This document shows, one piece after another, positions 12,096 through 26,100 of a stretch of 64,000 bases of DNA; position 1 is the first letter of the stretch; each line of letters starts with the position of its first letter. The stretch is taken from NCBI RefSeq assembly GCF_035084215.1, contig NC_090335.1:68820001-68884000 (forward strand), written 5' to 3'. The DNA comes from Heptranchias perlo (taxonomy: Eukaryota). The position numbers and the translations under genes are program-made. The notes beneath the pieces were generated by a model. It did not search any database. It was not told the origin of the DNA and saw only the letters and a program-made list of their open reading frames with translations.

Positions 12096-13890
12096 TCACA
12101 AAACCTTAGCCTTACGTTTATGGGAACCCCTACATGGTGCTACCCCTGTGGCTTCAGCAGAGGTAGTGGCAGGTTGCTCTTGTCCATGCCCTGACCGATG
12201 AGATGCTTTGCGCGGACACCCTCTGGGTTTCGGTGCCCGTGAGGGCCCCTCCAAAGACTGCTCCACCTGCACCTGTGCAGGGGCAGACTTGGCCACCTGG
12301 AGAGGAGGCAGCATTGCGGGTACTGGTTGAGAGGGGGGCAACGGGTGAGACGTGGAAGCGCTTTGAGTGGCGTCCCCACTTCCATGTCCCCTTTCTCCAT
12401 CATCCCTCTCATGGCCCAGGCCCACATTGCTCCTTCCACCCTGCTGGATGACAGTTTGGAGGACTGGTGTGAAGCCTTGGAAGGCCAGTTGTAATATATC
12501 TGTCAGCCTGTTTAAGGCGGCAGAATGTTGCTCACCCTGAATCCGAACGGCCGTTGTCAGGGCCTGAATGGACTCATTGTTGAGCCGTGCTTGAAGCTCG
12601 ATGGAGGCTAGCCTTTCCTCCATCGCAGACATTCCTGCACTTACCCGCGACACTATTTCAGAGATGCCTTCACGTCCCTGTGACAGTATTCCACTCATGC
12701 AGGAGTTGGACTCCTCCATCCTCTGCGCGATTGTGGAGAGTGCGCGTGGCAACTGTTCCAGTACCTTGGCAACGTGCTGCTGGCCCTCGATGACTCTCCT
12801 TTTCATGGCTGGCCCCCAGGGTTCAGCATCTGGGTCCAGCCGAGCAGAGCCTGGAGAAGGGGGCCCCCACCGACTCTCCACGGCTGCTCCTGCCACCAGG
12901 GTCTGCTCATGCTCACATGTGCGTGATTACTCACCATGTGCAAGCCCAACTAAGTGAGAACGGAGACCCACCGAGGTGTGTGAATCTGCACTGGTGGATG
13001 GTTGGCTCAGATGTGACGATGGACCCTCAGAGGCCGGCAGGTCCTCTGAGGAATCGCCCTCCATGGTCACGGCGCTCACAGATGGCCCTGCAAGAGAACA
13101 GAAAGGAATATTTAGGATGTGGACAGATGTTGAGGTGCTGCAGATGCCAAGTGATGTTAAGATCATTCTCTATCATGAATGTAAAGTGTTAGATTTCTGT
13201 CACCAGCCGTTTGTGCGCGCCTAGCCTCGACGTCCGCCACAGACAGGCGCTCCAGCGTGCGGCTTAGTTCCATTGCCTGCTGCTCCGCGTCTGTTAGGAC
13301 ACCTGGTGTGGCGAGCCCCCTCCGGTCCTTGCCCTCTCCTGGGCATTCTGGCATCTCTTCTCCTATCAAGGCAAAACACAGAGAGGCGTGATTGAGTGAT
13401 GGTTGCATAGTGACCCGCTGCATGCATTGGTGTGGGTGGGGGTGACCGTGAGGGAGATGCATGGGAGGGTGAGACATAGCCATGAGATTGTATTCGAATG
13501 GGAACTGGGGCGGTGAGTAAGTGCAGGCAAGGTGAGGATGATGGTTGAGTGGATGTGAGGAGTGATGCGAGAGTGTTGTGGTGGCAGTGCAGAAGGAGTT
13601 GTGTGGTGGTGGAGGTGATGTGGAAGTCGGAGTATGGGAGAATGCATAAGTATACTCACTTTGGCTGACCTGGTTCGGTCATTAAAGCTCTTCCTGCACT
13701 GCACCCAGGTTCGGCACACATTGCTGCTGCTGCTGACCTCCTCGAGCCAGGCCGTCTTGGTGGCAGAGGGAGGACAGCTCATCCCATCAGATGGGAAAAA
13801 CGTTTCCCTCCTCCTCCTCACCCAATCGAGCAGCACCTGGAGTGAGGAGTCTGAGAACCTTGGAGCAGCCTTGCCTCTGGCCTGTTCCAT
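12096..13890 (-). pseudogene. Harbinger Myb/SANT-like DNA-binding gene, spliced (exons ~13890-13660, 13362-13204, 13087-12096), decayed
   Basis: MEQARGKAAPRFSD..L..LL..V..R...F...W......RTWVQCRKSFND motif; GT-AG sites present; exon 2 EKRCQNAQERARTGGG is then frameshifted; stop at ~12927; coiled-coil-like ORF 12096..12896. Confidence 0.78.
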
Positions 13891-14179
13891 GCTGCCAAAA
13901 TGGTTCTTTGCTGCAGGAGGAGCTTTGGAGGACAGCCCCTTCAAATAGGGCACCTCCTGCTGACAGCCTGTGATGCGGGTACGCAGTGCGCCCGCTGCGC
14001 AGGTCTGGAACGGGAATCCCGGAAGCACGCGTAAATACCTTCAATTAGGCTGCGATCGCGTGCGGAACACCCCAATTTCACTGGGCGCGTTACCCATGTG
14101 CCCAGTCGACCCCCCGCTGCCAACCCGCCTCCCCCCTAATATCGGGCCCATAGGGTTGACACCACTTTTCCCGGCCACT

Positions 14180-14266
14180 CTGTAGAAGTAGGTGGCTGGT
14201 CAGTCAGCATCTGTACGGAGAAAAGACAAATGAACATTTCAGGAGTAGACCCTCCATCAGAACTGA
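14180..14266 (-). repeat. degenerate pLTR fragment of a second Penelope-like family
   Basis: Reverse complement contains CTGATGG-AGGGTCTACTCCT-GAAA-TGTT, a decayed hammerhead-like motif; a similar relic lies at ~10190-10260. Confidence 0.5.
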
Positions 14267-14679
14267 CAACTAACAGATAAGGAGACGTTTAGTAAGGTGA
14301 GACAAAATAGAGAGAGAAAAGGAAAGGGAGAGGAAACAACAGATACTCCAATCACAGCGAGGGAGCTAATGGGTTGAATGACTGTAAACTGCTTAATAAA
14401 AAAAACTGTTAGATGATGTAAAAGATCATTAGGGAGGCAGTAGAAATACATTTAGGAGTTACTGGTCTATGTTTTTTGTGGAGTGTCCAATGACACCACC
14501 AATCACTTACAGCAGTTCGTTCTCCAGGCGTGATTGATGGGGAAATTACCCAATCATCTCCTCCATTCTGGCCGGGAAAAGTGGTGTCACTATAAGCAGC
14601 CGTATTTCTACCATTTTGTGTTTTTATTGAAGAACTCCAAGCCAACAAGCACATATGTATTTTTGCTTTTTAGTTACAG

Positions 14680-14766
14680 GTTGCTTGACTGAGTTGACAT
14701 CAGAACCGACAACACCAAATGTGTTAACAACAACTTCCAGCCTGATATCAACCACAACAACAACAG
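14680..14766 (+). CDS. membrane mucin, first identifiable coding exon (GCLTELTSEPTTPNVLTTTSSLISTTTTT)
   Basis: Polypyrimidine tract and TACAG acceptor, G|GTAAAG donor, 87 bp, phase 1-1, Thr-rich and in frame with the next exon. Confidence 0.75.
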
Positions 14767-14859
14767 GTAAAGAAGTCCTTAACCAATGAGCATTCAACAC
14801 CTAGCCAGGTTTCCACCAGCACATTGGGAGTTGCTGCTAAGTTACATTAAGTGTCCCTG

Positions 14860-14980
14860 AAGACTCAGTTGGTAAAGGCATTGTGTGACTGAGCCAAGAA
14901 GTCCCAGACTTGATCTCAGCCTGGACTTGTGCTGAATTAGCTGAATAGGCAGTAAAAGCCCTGCAACTGGCTCCAGTACT
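14860..14980 (+). repeat. old tRNA-derived SINE head fragment
   Basis: ACTCAGTTGGTA..CTGAGCCA..GTCCCAG..TGTGCTGAATTAGCTGA is similar to 62540-62670. Confidence 0.45.
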
Positions 14981-15079
14981 TCTGGTAATAGAGTTGTGGA
15001 ATAGTTTACTGGGGAAGACCATTGAAATGATCAATATAAATGGCCTCAAGAGGTAACTTCAAGATATACTTTTGGACGT

Positions 15080-15265
15080 TTTTTTTATTCGTTCATGGGA
15101 TGTGGGCGTCGCTGGCAAGGCCGGCATTTATTACCCATCCCTAATTGCCCTTGAGAAGGTGGTGGTGAGCCGCCTTCTTGAACCGCTGCAGTCTGTGTGG
15201 TAAAGGTTCTCCCACAGTGCTGTTAGGTAGGGAGTTCCAGGATTTTGACCCAGCGACGATGAAGG
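15080..15265 (-). mobile_element. 3' end of a second LINE family (A-rich tail)
   Basis: Reverse complement of the sequence at 55222-55345; AATAAA and A-tail. Confidence 0.75.
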
Positions 15266-17146
15266 GCTTGAAGGATCTGGTGGGGTTGTGATGTATTGTA
15301 AATGAATAAGCTTGGACAGCAATAGCTGCTCATAATTCGGCAACAGAAATCTCACTTTGAAAGGCAAATACAAATTAGGCTGTGAAATAACATGTGACAT
15401 TGTTGGAGCAGAGCAGGCAATGTGTTGCATGTTATGTGTTGCTTGTTATGCCTGAACTGGAGATAGTCCTTGCAGACACTTGGGGCGGATTTCTCTCCTG
15501 TCTGCAAGGGCTCAGCATTGCTGCAGTGTAGTGTGGCTGGCTGCAGTGCAAGAAATTAAAAAGATTCAAATCTCCCACTCTGCCTAGAGCAATCAATCAT
15601 TCAACTCTTAAAATCCCCTCCCCCGCCCCCCCCCCCCCCCCCCCACTCCCCCTCCCGACCCATAGCAACCCTGGACATCTAACGGCCAGCGCTGCTATGA
15701 CGCAAATAGCGGAAAATACATTGTGTGACATATTCCAGTCACTTAGATGTTGCTTAGGTGCTCGTGCAATTGTTATGATGCTTTCATTTTAAGGCAGTCC
15801 ACCACTCCATGAATATTTGACCTAAAGAGGCAAGTTTCAGGTTGGCTTCTGGGCATTAAAAGCTATCCTCTGAAGCCATGGCACATTCGTTGTATCCCAG
15901 GACACCAGTGAAGCAAAGATGTAATGAGATGCAGTCATTCATCTGAATCATCATCGAGCACAACAATGGAATACATGGAAAGATGAGAGCGAAGGAGCAC
16001 TTCCCAGTGAAGGATGGGGCTTCAAAGTGCACCCTGCTGTATAATAGCTACGCATGGTAGGCAATGAAAGTACTTTGGGATTGTGTGATAGGGTGGTAAT
16101 TGTAAGTGTCATATATACACTTAGTAGGCTGCATTAATGGAGGGTAAAGATACTTTATCTTGCCTTAGTTGACTTGGTAAGGTCATTAAATATTCCTTCT
16201 GAATTACCACCAAATAAGTAAGATGCTGTTCATGGTGCTAACATGGGTTCACATCTTCTCCCATTCCCCATGGGCTGCTTTTCTTGGGCCTGCTCACTGC
16301 TAAAAAGGGCTCCCTTCTTTGCTTCGCTTCCTCCAAGAGATCTTTCATGGCCCCATCACAGAGATAGGACACTTTGGCTCCCACCTGCACTGTATCCAGA
16401 TATGAGTCTGGATTTTCCTCTGCTATACTACTTGCAATTGGGTATTAATATGACGATGGAGCAGGAAACCTGGGGTGAGATGGAGCAGGAAACATAGGCT
16501 GGATCATCCACCCTCAAAAAGTATCATTGAACATTTTCTTTCTGTGTGATGGCTGGCTCCCGCTGTAAAGCAATGTTGCTACCAAGACCCCATTCCCATG
16601 TGCACAGTGAACACTGACCCACCAAAACGAGTCGGGGTCACGATAGGTTGGGGGCAGCTGGTGGAAGTCCCTTTTTGGCCCACGCTCAGCAATGATAATT
16701 CCACCAGAGTAAAATCGAGCCCATGTCATAAATTTTGTTGGTCTTTCATTGAAAAGTAGTTTTTCACTCTCACTGTCAGACCCTTCAACACCATGCCGCC
16801 TTTCCCAGACTGACACACTAATGACCCACCCAATCTTTAACCAATGCCATTTTGGCTACCAGGAAATGTATGAGAGAAGCCCAAGGAATTCAATCCTCTA
16901 AATTTCCCATCCACATTATAGGTGGAAAGGAAGGAGCTATCACTCTGCCCCAACTCCTGATAATCCAGGTAAGATGGGGGCTCTCCTTGTGGTGAATCAC
17001 ACTGCAAATACAAGGACTGCAGCTTTGTGTTGTGACATAATAGCACACCAATACATGAGGCTATAAGCAGCCATGAAGCTGAATATTGATGAACAATTTC
17101 ACAAATGCTGATGCTTACAAGTTATTTGTTTTTACTTTCACTGCAG

Positions 17147-20100
17147 ATTCTACCAGTTCAGATGGAGGCTCCCCAACAACATTGACTACAACCACCACTG
17201 CCTCATCAACGACCCCAACTACACCACCAAATACTGCAGGAAAACTAACAACTGTATTAACTACCGCATCCACCACTGAAAACCCAACAATCACGTTAAC
17301 CACAACCGCAACAACAAATACAACACCAGTGAACATACTCACAACAACAACACCATACACCACACCAGAAACTACAACCTCAAATATGACAGCTGAAACT
17401 ACAACTACATCAACCACACCAGAAACTACAACACCAACAATCACACCAGAACCTACAATCACAAAAACAACAACAGAAACTACAACAACAGCTATGACAC
17501 CTGAAACTACAAACCCAACGACCACACCAGAAAATACAAGCCCAACTATTACACCTGAAACTACAACCCCAATTACAACACCAGAAATTACAACCACAAC
17601 AACAACACCAGAAACTGCAACCCCAACTATCATACCTGAAACTACAACCACAACAAACACAACAGAAACTACAACACCAACTACCACACCAGGAACAACA
17701 ACACCAACAAACACACAAGAAACTACAACCTCAACTATCACACCAGAAACTACAACCCCAACAACCACACAAGAAACTACAACCCCAACAAACACACCAG
17801 AAACTGCATCACCAACAATCACTCCAGATATTACAACCCTAACCAATGCACCAGAAACTACAACACCAACAATCTCACCAGAAACTACAACCACAACAAA
17901 CACACCAGAAACTACAACCCCAAATATCACACTAGAAACTACAACACCAAGTATCACACCAAAAACTACAACACCAACTATCACACCAGATACTACAACC
18001 CTAATTAACACGCCAGAAACTACAACCCCAACAATCACAACAGAAACTACAACACAAACTATCACACCAGAAACTACAACATCAACAAACACACCAGAAA
18101 ACACATCACCAAAAATCACTCCAGAAATTACAACACCAACAACCATAACAGAAAGTACAACCCCAACTCTCACACCAGAAACGACAACACCAACAATCAC
18201 ACCAGAAACTACAACCACAACAAACACACCAGAAACTACAACCCCAAAAATAACATCAGAAAATATAACCACAACTCTCACACCAGAAACTTCAACACCA
18301 ACAATCACAACAGAAACTACAACACCAACAATCACTTCAGAAACTACAACCCCAACAAACATACCAGATACTACAAACCCATCTACCACACCAGGAACTA
18401 CAATCCCAACAACCACACCAGAAACTACAACTCAAACTCTCACACCAGTAACTACAACCCCAAATATCACACCCGAAACGACCACACCAACAATCACATC
18501 AGAAAATACAACCCCAACTACCAAAACAGAAACTACAATCTCAACAACCACACCAGAAACTACAACCCCAACTCTCACACCAGAAACGACAACACCAACT
18601 ATCACACCAGATACTACAACCCCAATTAACACACCAGAAATTACAACACCAACAATCACACTAGAAATTACAACACCAACTATCACAACAGAAACTACGA
18701 CCCCAACAAACACACCAGAAATGACAACACCAACAATCACATCAGAAACTACAACCCCAACTACTACGCCAGAATCTGCAACACCGACAATCACATCAGA
18801 AACTACAACCCCAATTAACACACCAGAAACTACAACACCAACAACCACAACAGAAAGTACAACCCCAACTCTCACACCAGAAACAACAACACCAATAATC
18901 ACACCAGAAACTACAACACCAACAATGACACCAGAAACTACAGCCCCAACAACCACAACGGAAACTACAACACCAACAATCACACCAGATACTACAACCC
19001 TAACTAACGCACCAGAAACTACAACCACAACAAACACACCAGAAACTACAACTCCAACTATAACACCAGAAACTACAACACCAACAATCACACCAAAAAC
19101 TAAAACCCCATCAACCACAGCAGAATCTACCACCCCAACTACCACACAAGATACTACAACCCCAATTAACACACAAGTAACAACAGCACCAACAATCACA
19201 CCAGGAACTTTAACCCCAACTATCACACCAGAAACTATATCTGCAACTATCACACCAGAAACTACATCTGCAACTATCACACCAGAAACTACAACACCAA
19301 CAATCACACCGGAAACTACAACCCCAACTATCACACCAGAAACTACATCTGCAACTATCACACCAGAAACTACAACACCAACAATCACACCGGAAACTAC
19401 AACCCCAACTACCATGCCAGAAACTACAACCCAAACAAACACAATAGAAACTGCAGCACCAACAATTACATCAGAAACTCCAATTCCAGCTATCACACCA
19501 GACACTACACCAACAATCACACCAGACACTACACCAACAATCACACCAGAAACTACACCAACAATCACACCAGACACGACACCAACAATCACACCAGACA
19601 CTACACCAACAATCACACCAGAAACTACAACACCAACAATCACACCAGAAACTACACCAACAATCACACCAGAAACTACACCAACAATCACACCAGAAAC
19701 TACACCAACAATCACACCAGAAACTACAACACCAACAATCACACCAGAAACTACACCAACAATCACACCAGAAACTACACCAACAATCACACCAGAAACT
19801 ACACCAACAATCACACCAGAAACTAATACACCAACAATGACATCAGAATCTACAACAACAACTACCACTCCAGAAACAGCAACCCAAATTCTCACACCAG
19901 AAACGACAACCCCAATTATCACACCAAAAACTACAACCCCAATTACAACACTAGGAACTACAACCCCAAATATCACACCAGAAACTACAAATCCAACTTC
20001 AACACCAGAAACTACAACTCCAACTTCAACACCAGAAACTATAACCCCAACTATCACAACAGAAGCTACAACTCCAAGAAACACACCAGAAATTACAACC

Positions 20101-23100
20101 CCAAATACCACACCAGAAAGTACAACCCCAACTATCACACCAGAATCTAAAAATCCAAATATCACAACAGACACTACAGCCCCAGCTATGACACCAGAAA
20201 CTGCAACATCAACTACCACACCAAAATCTACAACCCCAACTATCACACCAGAAACTACAACCCCAACTACCACACCAGAAACTACAATCCCAACTACCAC
20301 ACCAGAAACTACAACCCCAATTAACACACCAGAAATTACAACACCAACAATCACACCAGAAACTACGACCCCAACAAACACACCAGAAATGACAACACCA
20401 ACAATCACATCAGAAACTACAACCCCAATTAACACACCAGAAACAACAACACCAACAATGACGCCAGAAACTACAGCCCCAACAACCACAACGGAAACTA
20501 CAACACCAACAATCACATCAGAAACTACAACCCCAACTACTACGCCAGAATCTGCAACACCAACAATCACATCAGAAACTGCAACCCCAATTAACACACC
20601 AGAAACTACAACACCATCAATTACAACAGAAAGTATAACCCCAACTCTAACACCAGAAACAACAACACCAATAATCACACCAGAAACTACAACACCAACA
20701 ATGACACCAGAAACTACAGCCCCAACAACCACAACGGAAACTATAACACCAACAATCACACCAGATACTACAAACATAACTAACGCACCAGAAACTACAA
20801 CCACAACAAACACACCAGAAACTCCAACTCCAACTATAACACCAGAAACTAAAACCCCATCAACCACAGCAGAATCTACCACCCCAACTACCACACCAGA
20901 TACTACAACCCCAATTAACACACAAGTAACAACAGCACCAACAATCACACCAGGAACTTTAACCCCAACTATCACACCAGAAACTACATCTGCAACTATC
21001 ACACCAGAAACTACAACACGAACAATCACACCGGAAACTACAACCCCAACTATCACACCAGAAACTACATCTGCAACTATCACACCAGAAACTACAACAC
21101 CAACAATCACACCGGAAACTACAACCCCAACTACCACGCCAGAAACTACAACCCAAACAAACACAATAGAAACTGCAGCACCAACAATTACATCAGAAAC
21201 TCCAATCCCAGCTATCACACCAGACACTACACCAACAATCACACCAGAAACTACAACACCAACAATCACACCAGACACTACACCAACAATCACACCAGAA
21301 ACTACACCAACAATCACACCTGACACTACACCAACAATCACACCAGAAACTACACCAACAATCACACCAGAAACTACACCAACAATCACACCAGAAACTA
21401 CACCAACAATCATACCAGAAACTACACCAACAATCACACCAGAAACTACACCAACAATCACACCAGAAACTACACCAACAATCACACCAGAAACTACACC
21501 AACAATCATACCAGAAACTACACCAACAATCACACCAGAAACTACACCAACAATCATACCAGAAACTACACCAAAAATCACACCAGAAACTACTACACCA
21601 ACAATGACATCACAATCTACAACAACAACTACCACACCAGAAACTATAACCCCAACTAACACTCCAGAAACAGCAACCCAAATTCTCACACCAGAAACGA
21701 CAACCCCAACTATCACACCAAAAACTACAACCCCAATTACAACACAAGGAACTACAACCCCAAATATCACACCAGAAACTACAACTCCAACTTCAACACC
21801 AGAAACTACAACCCCAAATATCACACCAGAAACTACAACTCCAACTTCAACACCAGAAACTATAACCCCAACTATCACAACAGAAGCTACAACTCCAACA
21901 AACACACCAGAAATTACAACCCCAAATACCACACCAGAAAGTACAACCCCAACTATCACACCAGAATCTAAAAATCCAAATATCACAACAGACACTACAG
22001 CCCCAACTATGACACCAGAAACTGCAACATCAACTACCACACCAAAATCTACAACCCCAACTATCACACCAGAATCTGCAACCCCAACTAACAGACCAGA
22101 AACTACTACCCCAACTAACAGACCAGAAACTACTACCCCAACTATCACACCAGATACTACAACCCCAATTAACACACCACAAATTACAACACCAACAATC
22201 ACACCAGAAACTACGACCCGAACAAACACACCAGAAATGACAACACCAACAATCACATCAGAAACTACAACCCCAACTACTACACCAGAATCTGCAACAC
22301 CAACAATCACATCAGAAACTACAACCCCAATTAACACACCAGAAACTACAACACCAACAACCACAACAGAAAGTATAACCCCAACTCTCACACCAGAAAC
22401 AACAACACCAACAATGACACCAGAAACCACAGCCCCAACAACCACAACGGAAACTACAACACCAACAATCACACCAGATACTACAATCCTAACTAACGCA
22501 CCAGAAACTACAACCACAACTATAACACCAGAAACTACAACACCAACTATCACACCAGAAACTACGACCCCAACAAACACACCAGAAATGACAACACCAA
22601 CAATCACATCAGAAACTACAACCCCAACTACTACGCCAGAATCTGCAACACCAACAATGACATCAGAAACTACAACCCCAATTAACACACCGGAAACTAC
22701 AACACCAACAATCACAACAGAAAGTATAACCCCAACTCTCACACCAGAAACAACAACACCAATAATCACACCAGAAACTACAACACCAACAATGACACCA
22801 GAAACTACAGCCCCAACAACCACAACGGAAACTACAACACCAACAATGACACCAGAAACTACAGCCCCAACAACCACAACGGAAACTACAACACCAACAA
22901 TCACACCAGAAACTAAAACCCTAACAACCACAGCAGAATCTACCACCCCAACTACCACACCAGATACTACAACCCCAATTAACACACAAGTAACAACAGC
23001 ACCAACAATCACACCAGGAACTTTAACCCCAACTATCACACCAGAAACTACATCTGCAACTATCACACCAGAAACTACAACACGAACAATCACACCGGAA

Positions 23101-26100
23101 ACTACAACCCCAACTATCACACCAGAAACTACATCTGCAACTATCACACCAGAAACTACAACACCAACAATCACACCGGAAACTACAACCCCAACTACCA
23201 CACCAGAAACTACAACCCAAACAAACACAATAGAAACTGCAGCACCAACAATTACATCAGAAACTCCAATCCCAGCTATCACACCAGACACTACACCAAC
23301 AATCACACCAGAAACTACAACACCAACAATCACACCAGAAACTACACCAACAATCACACCAGAAACTACAACACCAACAATCACACCAGAAACTACAACA
23401 CCAACAATCACACCAGAAACTACACCAACAATCACACCAGAAACTACAACACCAACAATCACACCAGAAACTACACCAACAATCACACCAGAAACTACAC
23501 CAACAATCATACCAGAAACTACACCAACAATCATACCAGAAACTACACCAAAAATCACACCAGAAACTACACCAACAATCACACCAGAAACTACACCAAC
23601 AATCACACCAGAAACTACACCAACAATGACATCAGAATCTACAACAACAACTACCACACCAGAAACTATAACCCCAACGACCACTCCAGAAACAGCAACC
23701 CAAATTCTCACACCAGAAACGACAACCCCAACTATCACACCAAAAACTACAACCCCAATTACAACACAAGGAACTACAACCCCAAATATCACACCAGAAA
23801 CTACAACTCCAACTTCAACACCAGAAACTACAACCCCAAATACCACACCAGAAAGTACAACCCCAACTATCACACCAGAATCTAAAAATCCAAATATCAC
23901 AACAGACACTACAGCCCCAACTATGACACCAGAAACTGCAACATCAACTAACAGACCAGAAACTACTACCCCAACTATCACACCAGAATCTGCAACCCCA
24001 ACTATCACACCAGATACTACAACCCCAATTAACACACAAGTAACAACAGCACCAACAATCACACCAGGAACTTTAACCCCAACTATCACACCAGAAACTA
24101 CATCTGCAACTATCACACCAGAAACTACAACACGAACAATCACACCGGAAACTACAACCCCAACTATCACACCAGAAACTACATCTGCAACTATCACACC
24201 AGAAACTACAACACCAACAATCACACCGGAAACTACAACCCCAACTACCACGCCAGAAACTACAACCCAAACAAACACAATAGAAACTGCAGCACCAACA
24301 ATTACATCAGAAACTCCAATCCCAGCTATCACACCAGACACTACACCAACAATCACACCGGAAACTACAACACCAACAATCACACCAGAAACTACACCAA
24401 CAATCACACCAGAAACTACACCAACAATCACACCAGAAACTACACCAACAATCACACCAGAAACTACACCAACAATCACACCAGAAACTACACCAACAAT
24501 GACATCAGAATCTACAACAACAACTACCACACCAGAAACTATAACCCCAACGACCACTCCAGAAACAGCAACCCAAATTCTCACACCAGAAACGACAACC
24601 CCAACTATCACACCAAAAACTACAACCCCAATTACAACACAAGGAACTACAACCCCAAATATCACACCAGAAACTACAACTCCAACTTCAACACCAGAAA
24701 CTACAACCCCAAATACCACACCAGAAAGTACAACCCCAACTATCACACCAGAAACTACACCAACAATCACACCAGAAACTACACCAACAATCACACCAGA
24801 AACTACACCAACAATCACACCAGAAACCAGAACACCAACAATCACAGCAGAATCTACAACAACAACTATCACACCAGAAACTATGACCCCAACAAACACA
24901 CCAGAAACTGCAACATCAACTAACAGACCAGAAACTACTACCCCAACTATCACACCAGAATCTGCAACCCCAACTATCACACCAGATACTACAACCCCAA
25001 TTAACACACCAGAAATTACAACACCAACAATCACACCAGAAACTACGACCCCAACAAACACACCAGAAATGACAACACCAACAATCACATCAGAAACTAC
25101 AACCCGAACTACTACACCAGAATCTGCAACACCGACAATCACATCAGAAACTACAACCCCAACTCTCACACCAGAAAAAACAACACCAACAATCACAACA
25201 GAAAGTATAACCCCAACTCTCACACCAGAAACAACAACACCAATAATCACACCAGAAACTACAGCCCCAACAACCACAACGGAAACTACAACACCAACAA
25301 TCACACCAGATACTACAACCCTAACTAACGCACCAGAAACTACAACCACAACAAACACACCAGAAACTACAACTCCAACTATAACACCAGAAACTACAAC
25401 ACCAACAATCACACCAGAAACTAAAACCCTAACAACCACAGCAGAATCTACCACCCCAACTACCACACCAGATACTACAACCCCAATTAATACACAAGTA
25501 ACAACAGCACCAACAATCACACCTGAAACTTTAACCCCAACTATCACACAAGAAACTACAACACCAACAATCACATCGGAAACTACAACCCGAACTATCA
25601 CACCAGAAACTACATCTGCAACTATCACACCAGAAACTACAACACCAACAATCATACGGGAAACTAAAACCCCAACTACTACACCAGAAACTACAACCCC
25701 AAATAACACACCAGAAACTACAACCCCAAATAACAAACCAGAAACTACGACCCCAACAAACACACCAGAAACTACAACACAAACTATCACACCAGAAACT
25801 ACGACCACAACAAACACACCAGAAACGACAACACGAACAATCACAGCAGAAGCTACAACACCAACCATCATACCAGAAAATACAACACCCAATAACACAC
25901 CAGAAACTACAACCCCAACTATCACACCAGAAACTACAGCCCCAAATATCACACGTGCAACTACAATCACAACTATCACACCAGAAAATCCAACTATCAC
26001 ACCAGAAACTACATCTGCAACGATCACACCAGAAACTACAACACCAACAATCACACCAGAAACTACAATCCCAGCTATCACACCAGAAACTACACCAACA

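Larger units (their letters stand above)
10912..14149. mobile_element. PIF/Harbinger DNA transposon, internally deleted and non-autonomous
   Basis: Imperfect TIRs GGGGTCGATTTT / AATATCGGGCCC, flanks GTA/ATA; convergent transposase and Myb/SANT genes, the canonical Harbinger layout. Confidence 0.85.

Noticed and set aside
15615-15661. Poly-C tract (possible G-quadruplex on the minus strand)
   Set aside because: Simple homopolymer, common and error-prone in assemblies; no evidence of function
17086-17146. ORF start 'MMNNFTNADAYKLFVFTFTA' as the mucin N-terminus
   Set aside because: This is the intron branch/polypyrimidine tract before the CAG acceptor, not a signal peptide
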